Below are positions 55,572 to 64,000 of a stretch of DNA of 64,000 nucleotides, piece by piece (position 1 is the stretch's first letter; each line of letters opens with the position of its first letter). The DNA lies in NCBI RefSeq assembly GCF_009914755.1, contig NC_060937.1; one strand, 5' to 3'. Source of the stretch: the human T2T-CHM13v2.0 reference genome, Homo sapiens. The translations under genes and the position numbers were made by a program. Below the pieces are notes generated by a model, which saw only the letters and a list, made by a program, of their open reading frames with translations, made no database searches and was not told the origin of the DNA.

Positions 55572-56439
55572 GAAAATGAATTCCCGTTGCCAGTTGCTCT
55601 TCCTTTCCCCAGGTAGAATGGCCTAATAGAAAGGAGTCTTTGCAGTTACCGACCTGGATTTGTGTCCCCACCCCAGCCCCCTTATGCACTGTGCAGTCTT
55701 CAGCATCATCCTCTCCGGGACTGTTTCCTCTTTGGTGAAGCAGGGCAATACCTTGCCTTGCAGTGTTCTTGTTGGGCTTTCAAAAGACCATTATATAAGA
55801 GGCATGGCCGAAAGTAAGTGCTTAAAATAAGAAGACTGCTCTTTCCTGTCCTCTATTCTTACTGAGTTTAGCCTTTACAACGCAATGGCTGTTACAAAAA
55901 ATAAAAAAATGAAAAAGTCTTCAGATGCTTCTCTTCCCACGGCCGCATAGGGGGCTGAAAAGGAGCACTTTAAGGTTCTGACAGCGCATCCTGGCCCTGT
56001 TGCTCCCTTGCTGTGCAGTCTTGGCCAAGTCACTTAACCTTTCTAGGCCTCAGTTTCCTCACCTGTCAACTGTGAAGATCTGGGCTAAATAATCTCTCAA
56101 GGGTCCACGAGTCCAAGGTTTCCCTGATCATAGTTACTCAGTGCTCCTACTTAAAATATTTGGAAATGAATATTCTTCGCCTCTATGAGGCCAGAGCTCC
56201 TTTTTCCCATCTAAACTTGTGGAGCTGTAAGCAATTTACCCCAGAGATGCTGATTTACCCCTGGGCTGCCTTCCCGAGAATAAGATGGTTGATGGTGTCC
56301 TGTGTGTGAGCAGTGGGCTGCAGTGACCAGGCCTGTGCAGGGCCATGGGTCTGGGCAGGACCTACCTGTGGCAAGTCACTGTGCTCTCAGCTCGATTTAT
56401 TTTATTTTTAAAATGGGGGTAGGAGGAAGAGGAGGGAAA

Positions 56440-57090
56440 GTTTGCATTAAGCATTTTAAGTTGTTTTTACATTACAAAAGCAATAAAAACATAGCAAATT
56501 TGGGAAATAGATGTTAGGAAAAAAAATCATCCAGCATTTTATCTAATTCAGTCACTATTAGTTATTATTTTGGTCTTTCTCTTAACCCTTTTTCATTTGT
56601 GTAATTTACCTAGTAGATATGTAACTTGTGTCTTTTTTGGTTTTTTTCTTATTTTTTTTAACAGTATTGTCATAAAAATTTGCAAGTTGCTTCATGATCT
56701 TTGCAATCACTATATCATGATGCATATTTCTTTTGTCATTCTATGTGTTTGTTGGTTTGTTTTTAACTACTAAAGACAATTTTTATTTTATTATTTATCA
56801 ATATAAAGCTACATTATATCTTTTTGCATATATATGCATATATGTGTGCACAAAGGTGTGCATTTCTAAGAGAATAGATTCTCGGGAATGGACTTACTGC
56901 TTCAAAGGATTTGATCATTTGCACAGCTTTTGGTACATGTTGTCAGATTGCTTTCCAAAGGGGCTGCACTGATTTACTATGCCATCAGCGATTACCCATT
57001 TTGCTGCATCTTAACCAGAACTGGTTATTATCATTTAAATTTTTTGGAGATTTAATAGGCAAAGCAGTGCCTAATTGTTTTAATTTGCAT
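56440..57090 (-). mobile_element. Old L1ME-like remnant
   Basis: gtcagattgctttccaaaggggctgcactgatttac...ctaattgttttaatttgcat. Confidence 0.5.
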
Positions 57091-57793
57091 GGCATTGATG
57101 AACTGAGGAAGCCAATCATTTTTCCATATTTTTGTTTTCCTCTCCCTTCCTAGGATCAAGTGATTTCTGAGGCACTTTCATCCCCAGCTTCTAACACTTT
57201 AGGTCTGGGAGCCTCTAGGGAAGCAGACAGATAGCACAAGATTGCAAGAGTCAGACAGGAGACTATATGGAGATATAAATGATGACATTAAGGGGTTACT
57301 GGACAGAGGCAGAGGAGAAAAACTAAGAATTAACCAAAGAACACCTAAGAAGTGATTCTGGTCAAACTTAAAAGGTATCTCCCCTCTTCTGTTTGGCAGC
57401 TCCCTTGATGTGCAATGGAAATAATGCAGTTGCTCTCTCTTCTGTGATTAGAAAGAGAAAATGAGAATTCATTCATGAGATAAAAGTTAAAATAATGTTG
57501 GTATTATTTACAGTGAGATCCCATTTAAGGCGATTTTGGTAATCAAGACTGATACCTTCATCGAAGACAGATAAGGTGTACCAGGTGTTTCCTGTATCTA
57601 ATTCATATGTTTACGGTACGGGAATTGGTCTCCCTAGTAAATGAATCTCTTTGAGAACCAGCTGTATCTTTTATGATGGGTTCATTCAACTAACTGGCTT
57701 AATCAAAAGGTCAGTAAAAAGCTGTAACCTTTAAAACACTGGAGGCTTACCAGTTGCTCCAGAGATACTTCATCTTCCCTTTCACATACTTAC

Positions 57794-57867
57794 TTCAATT
57801 TTTCCCATGTTTCTTCACCAAATTTCTCTATCACAAGAGATTGCAGACAGGTGTTGATAAATCCATA
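57794..57867 (-). CDS. GUCY1B2: Exon 2 (74 nt) YGFINTCLQSLVIEKFGEETWEKL, H-NOX N-terminus
   Basis: ttctag|TATGGATTT...TTGAA|gtaagt; MYG(F) H-NOX start motif; ends in phase 2. Confidence 0.95.
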
Positions 57868-59235
57868 CTAGAACACAAAACCAGAAGAAAAATATATATT
57901 ATGAGGCATGAAATCCCCAGTCATACACATCTTCATGTCTTTTAGGAAATGTGCAATGGCATCCTCTTGGAGAAACTAATTATACCTTTTCCTTGTTTCT
58001 CGTGATTTAATTTAATAGCTCTGCTCATTCCCAACTTAGGAAAAACCTGGCACCCCACCGCTTGGGTTATTTCTATATAGAAAACATATGAACTACATTT
58101 GAAATCAAATTGTAATTAGAGAAAGTTAAAGAAAGTATTTACTGTCAATTATAATCCTCTCCGAAATAAGGAACTGGTTTGTTAGAACAAAGAATTCAAA
58201 AACACACCAGTGGCATGGAGGTGTTTAGACCTGGCAGAAAGGAAGGGCACACACTTCATGTCGATTCCAAAAAGGCAGTGACAGGATGATTTTTTTTTTC
58301 TTTATAAAAATGAATCTATACCTGGGTGTGTGTGTGGAGAATATAACGAGTGCAGGAAAACAGAGGAGGAAACTCCAATAAGAAAGACAGCACCAGGTTA
58401 ACAGAAAGAACTGTCTTCTGGGTTTGCTCATTAATCTGTGCTCTTTCTTCTTCCTCCATCAGAGAAAAAAAAAAGGAGGACCCATGAACACTTCTGCTTA
58501 GTGAGGGATAGTGTGCCCCAGGCAGGCCACCTGCCTTCCGCAACTCGGGGCTCCTAACACAAGCAGGGTGATTGAGTTATGTTTGAAAGCACTGTGTGAG
58601 CTCAGCTTTCAAAATATTTCTTCCTGAAGGGAAGAATTCTTTTGTCACACAAATATCAGGCTCCAGATTTATTTTATAAGTTTGGATTTTCATATATATA
58701 GGAATTTCTTAAAGTGAAAGAGCCCAGTGCCAACAGGAAGGCGAGTGTCTAAACTCTGGTAGTTATTTTCCAGAAATGGAAATATTTGTCCTACTGGGCT
58801 ATATTTCCAGTTCCCCACCACCAATGTCATCCTTACTCCTTACTCCATCTTGTCCCGCCTCTACGCTCCCCAATATGTGCCCGCACCCTAGCCTGGCATT
58901 CAGAGCACTCTCTAGAACTGTCTTAATTTGTTTCATTTTATCACCTACTCCTGCTGCCTTAGGCTCATCCAAAATGCCTACCGCCCTTCCCCAAACAGAG
59001 ATGTCACTTCTTCAATGGATAGAGTTTCCTCCTTTCTCACCCAGTCAGCCCAGGGCAAGGCCAGGCTCTGATGCTACTGGGATACTGCCTGGTCTGCAGA
59101 ACCATTTCCTCTCCCTCTGCCAGACCCAGCCATCATTCCCTGTCAGGCTCACTGCTGGATGCCTCTGTGTCCTCAACACCACAGAGATGGTGTGTTAAAC
59201 TATCACATGCACACGCTCGGGTTTTGTATCTGTCA

Positions 59236-59370
59236 ACACACACATATATATATACACACAGGCATGTATGTATGGGTGTGCATGTATTTGTATATACTTA
59301 TATATATTATGTATGTTTATATGTGGCCATGTACACATATAAATGCATATGTGTGTATGTATATATATAT
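59236..59370. repeat. Low-complexity (CA/TA/TG)n tract
   Basis: Directly visible. Confidence 0.85.
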
Positions 59371-60449
59371 TTTTTTCCTGTCCTTTGTTAAATTGCAAGC
59401 TCCTCAGGGTCAGGAAGTAAGTGTCATTTATCTATATTTTGACTAAAGTGCCAAGACACTGTCTGCTACACAGGAGGTATTTAACAAACACTTATCGAGC
59501 AAGGAAGTACTGAAATGAAGCCTCAAGTCTCATGAAAATCTTTAAATAACCCGTTATTCAACATCAATCCAATGTAAACAAAGATAGCAATTGTTCAACT
59601 TAGCAATCTTTGCAAAAGTATGCCCAATCAAATAAAACATCATGCCCACTGCCCGAGCACTAGAGACAAACTTCTAGTGTGTAACAAGGGAAACTGAGGC
59701 ATTAGGGAATTTGAAGTCGCTGCTAGTTGATAACCACATCACCTACTTCTAGGTCATGACCACCCCGATAGTGTGCCTCTGTTTGATGAATTTAGGGCCA
59801 TTGAGTCATGTGGTCCAGCATTTGTCTTTGGTGTTCAGCAGTTCCCCAAGCTGGTACCAGAGTTAATCATTTAGAGACCTTGAGCTTATAGATCAGAGAG
59901 TGGCCCCCTCACCCTCTACTGATTATAAACATGTCCCTTTCCTGTCCACTGAAATCAGGTGACTTTCTCTGCCCCTGGAGAGAGCAAAAGAGGCAATGTA
60001 TCCCACACGATGTGTCGAGCATATGCGGGGACCTTGGTGTTTGCTGCCCACACCCAGGTGGAGGGGGATACTTGGTAGGACACACTCCCTACACATTTGA
60101 GGGCCTCATTGAAATAAGTAAGAATGGCAAGCCAGCACCAAAGTTCTCTAACCATCTGGAACTAGTGCTGCTCAACCAGTGAGATCAGCAAGCAGGCAGG
60201 GACTCTCATTTGCTGGTGACACCCAAATCTTTCAGAGGCTACTTGGGCCATGGCTGCAGCACCCCCAAAAACATCTGTGTTCCAAAGAAGCAATTAAAAT
60301 GTCTGAAAAAGTTAAGGTTTAGCCAAATCTTTCTCCTGTAAAGATGTTTTCACATTCCATATCCAGTCCTACTCACCGTGCCTGCCAGGCATTGGCTGGG
60401 GAATGTGGCTTCAAAATAAAATGCAGTCTCAGTAAGCCCAGAGAGGGAG

Positions 60450-60830
60450 TACAGCTTAGGAGAAAGGGTTTGGGCTCTGGAGCCAGAAGGGTTTCTGTTT
60501 CTGTGACTTGTAGCTGTGCAGCTTTGGGTAAATTGCCTAACCTCTCTGAGCCCAGTCTGCTCATGAGCTAAAGTGGACATAATACCGTTTGCTGTGTTGG
60601 AGGATGGTTGTTGGGGTTATAGAGTAACGGTTCTGAAGTTAGACCATGAGGGCTCATTGCTGACCCCAAGTCTTATTTGCTGTTTGACTCAAGCCAGATC
60701 TTACTCACCCTCAGTTGTCTCATTTGGAAAATGGGGGTGAGAATGGTCCCTTCCTCATAGGGTTTTAGTAAGCATTAAATGAGGTAATACGTGTGAGGTA
60801 CTTGGCACATAGTAAGCGCTCAGGAAACTG
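60450..60830. mobile_element. Tandem MIR remnants in intron 1
   Basis: ttgggtaaattgcctaacctctctgagccc and ctcagttgtctcatttggaaaatgggg...cattaaatgaggtaatacgtgtgaggtacttggcacatagtaagcgctca. Confidence 0.65.
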
Positions 60831-60923
60831 TAGCCTCTTAGATAACAGGCATTTTGAACAATAGGTGCTCAACAAACAGAAGCGGAAGGAAAGTCAGGGC
60901 CAAGGGTGCTGAGAGCTGCTCAC

Positions 60924-60926
60924 CAT
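60924..60926 (-). CDS. GUCY1B2: Exon 1 coding part (ATG only); 5' UTR extends to higher coordinates, TSS not determined
   Basis: Minus strand reads gcggcaggaacATG|gtgagc: A at -3, strong donor. It joins in phase to exon 2 (YGF...). An ATG-only first coding exon is also the GUCY1B1 arrangement. Confidence 0.8.
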
Positions 60927-60974
60927 GTTCCTGCCGCAGCTGCTCCTGGGGCCACAGGGATTGAGATGCAGCAC

Positions 60975-61160
60975 CAAGCGCCCGCCCTTCCTGCCAGCCC
61001 CTAGTCACTCAGGAGAGAATCCACAGCGTCTCCAGAAGCCTGTCTTGTAGAAATCTGGGCAGTCCACAGTGAAATTAGGAGCTCATCACTAGCCTCCAAG
61101 CAAGGAGCACACTGTTGGGTCCTCAGTCACCTGCGGGGTAAAGCATAAGGCCGCCCCCTC
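60975..61160 (-). promoter_or_regulatory. Probable proximal promoter/5' UTR region with GC boxes
   Basis: GGGCGG elements on the minus strand at about 60982-60987 and 61151-61156, just upstream of the exon 1 ATG. No TATA box or CpG island seen. Confidence 0.35.
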
Positions 61161-64000
61161 TGGTGAGCAAGTGGGACCTGCTGCCTGGCACCCCAAGTCG
61201 TGCACACCCCAGATGCTAAGCTCTCAGGAGTTCAGCCTGAAACCTGAAGCTTCTCCCCGAGCTGCCAACGGCACAGAACGCCTTTCTGCAAGCACAGAAA
61301 AGCATACACCCCTAAGCTCCTGTAGGAAGACTGCCTTGTAGATGAGGCTGTCTATTGAGTGATCTTTTTAGTGTATCTTTAATTAAACCACGTTGGATGC
61401 CATCCAAGAACGGCCTGCCTTGACCAACACTTGGCCCTACAGTGTCATAATGGGAAGTCCCCTGGTGCCTTGAGCCTTATCCTCCATCCCCATCACTGTT
61501 CCGTTTCAGGCTCTGGTGGGCTGTTTGCCAGAGGTCTATTTCCTGAGTATTACTTGTGGTCAGAGGTGAGAAATCCAGCCACTAACCAGGTCCAACAAAT
61601 GTCGCCTGTAGCTGTTCCAACACACATGCTAGCTTTGGTGTAAAAACAGAGAACAAATAAATACATTTAGTAAAATCAAAGGCTGGGGTAAGCCCTCCAG
61701 GCAGTGTGGAGGTGTGGGGCACTAGAGGGATGTGACTCATGGTTAAGACAGTCTGTCGAGGACCACAACGCCACAGACTGGGGCCGTCCACTGAAACGAA
61801 CGTCCAGGCATCGCACGCCCTCCTGGAAGACTTCAGCATCTTTCCCTTGGCATCCGAAGTTTGCTGAAAGATTCTTCCCTTCTCAGTAGGCACTCCTTCA
61901 CTCTCCGCTGTTGGCCTCCCTCTCCTATCCTGCCTGCCCTTCTTTCTGTCACTCTCCTTAGAAAGACTTCCTGGTCCTCCTTCCACTCAGCCTTTCTGGC
62001 TCCTTTGCTTTTACTCTCCCTGCTTAACTCACGCCAGCTCCTCCATAGAAGGACTTGACACCTGGAGAGACTGGTTTCAGCCCCCTCTTCTTTCTGAAAT
62101 GGGGACTTTACTTATTCTCAAAAGCTGGACTCTATGTGCTGCTCCTCTGTGGAAGGAACATGTGGTCAGGAGGAGAAAAAAAAAAAGGCTCAGGAATAGA
62201 TGATTTCCATAATTACGCTTCGCAAACCCTTGCCTCCATTCAGCTGACACTCTTTCTTTCTGCCCTGCCAAGCGGGCTTGCTCTGGCGCTCTCTCACAAA
62301 CCCCCTCCCCGCCCCCAACCCGCTTTTTCAAACACATACACCAGCACCCTCACATTTCACAATAAGTAAATGGTTTAAAAAAAAAATCTCCATTTTCTTT
62401 TTCATGCGGCAGATGGCAGTTCTCAGGAACTTGGTGGAAATTAGGCTTTCTGATTTTCTGATAAATTTCAACATCTCACACAAAAAGCACAAGCTCATTT
62501 TGATTCTGATGTTAAGTACCATATGGCATATCACCCGTGGAACGTGGCAGCTTCATAACCAGGGTAACAAGGAAGGGAGGGTCTTTCCTGTAACAACGAG
62601 GCTGAGTGGGAATGAACCAATTGGATTCCTGGGTGAATACCATTTGATAATAATATTGTATATGACAGTGGAGTAATTATCCCTCTTTTATGGTATGTGT
62701 TAATTTTCACTGCCAGTTTCCCTAATTACAACTGCCACCCAACGGACTACTTTTTGTAAATACTCTGTAAACATTTGAAAAGACATAGACAGTGCTTGTA
62801 CCAAAAAAAAAAAAAAAAAGTCCCTAGATTTTGAAACTGTCTGGAAAATTGGCTGACGTTTTATATGTTTTTCAATTGCATAGACAGCCAGGGAGGAAAT
62901 TTCACTATATGGAAATTCCCCTTCTCTCCTCCATGACATAATGGACCTCCCTGCCGATACTGTGACTGTTGTTTTGAGGGATATTTTTCGCTGTTACCTT
63001 TTTCTATATTAAGTGCGCAGTTTCATGATCTTTGACAAATGTACACTATTGTGTAGCTCACACCCTAATAAAGATATAGAACATCTCTGTGGTCATGGAA
63101 ATTTCCCCGGTACCCCTTCTCAATCAGTCCTACCACCCCCAGCTGCCCCTATTCCGATTACTATCATATTATCGCCACAGACTAGTTTTGCTTGCTCTTG
63201 AACTTCACGTGAATACAGTCTGTTCTCTGTTGTGCCTGGCTTAACTTGTTAACTCACTTTTGGTGCATTGAAGAGTTCAAACACCATTCCCCAAATTAGT
63301 AACATGTATGTAAACACAGTCTCGCTTGATGCGTGTCCTGTGATAAGTGATGAGATCCAATAAGCCACATCTCATCTCCCGTGGTCTATGTATGATGTGC
63401 GATGAGAAACACAAATCTTTTATTTTTCATAGACTTGCAGGGAGGGCGGGATACCATTGGGAGGTCGCTGGAGTAAACCTCTATCATTTAAGGAAAGAAA
63501 CTAAAGGGAGAATGCAAGGTAAGAGTGTCTGAGAAGAAGATAGAACCCTGATCTGGTTTTTGGTGGTTTGTTTGTGCATTTCTGGGAACGCAGCTGCCTC
63601 ATTCCTGGTAGGAAGCCTTTCCTGTGGTTGATTTGTTGCCCCCAGTCTACCTCAGACTGCCTGGCTTCTGAGCCGCTGCTGGCTTTCTTTCCAAGGCCTA
63701 CATCAGCAGAGGAAGGTGTCCCCGGACACAAGACAGGGTGTGGCTGAAGCTGGGCTCCCAGAGGCCTGTCTGTTAAAAAATACGCCCCCACCCCCCACCC
63801 CCCCAGGCCTGCCAGGTCTCTGAAATTCTCATTCCTTTTAGCTACAACTTGGGAAACTTCTGACAGAATAAAAATATATTCCTTTGGCTAAACAGATTAG
63901 CTAGTATTCACCTAAGAAGGAAAAGGACATAGAACAGTTCAACTTTGATGTGTGTGCTTCAGAGGGACTGAGAGGATCAATTTCCACATCAGTCCAAGGC

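Noticed and set aside
63510-63525. + strand donor-like CAAG|gtaaga upstream of the gene, suggesting a divergent transcript
   Set aside because: Isolated motif with no supporting acceptor, ORF or promoter evidence.

Overview
Primate (almost certainly human) genomic DNA, repeat-rich and without prokaryotic features. It is dominated by one minus-strand, multi-exon gene: the soluble guanylate cyclase beta-2 subunit locus GUCY1B2, a unitary pseudogene in human. I traced 15 exons by hand from an ATG-only first coding exon (60926-60924) to a stop at 1776-1774; all introns are GT-AG and all phases agree except in exon 4. Exon 4 carries a frameshift that produces TGA after 74 codons. Two nucleotides later an ATG opens an uninterrupted spliced 617-codon ORF (partial H-NOX, PAS, coiled coil, cyclase). 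Introns hold Alu, L1, L2, MIR, MaLR LTR and hAT/Tc-mariner relics. The most notable observations are: (1) skipping exon 3 (95 nt) would cancel the frameshift and give a 661-aa ORF from the ancestral ATG; (2) an inverted 5S rRNA-L1 chimeric retrocopy inside one target-site duplication; (3) a perfect 35-bp intronic hairpin; (4) substitutions at conserved residues (YxSxR Tyr to Cys, and two Gly changes); (5) a 69-bp direct duplication next to an L1 sliver. I see no evidence of a wholly new multi-gene system. Repeat subfamily calls and orthologue comparisons are from memory, not from searches.
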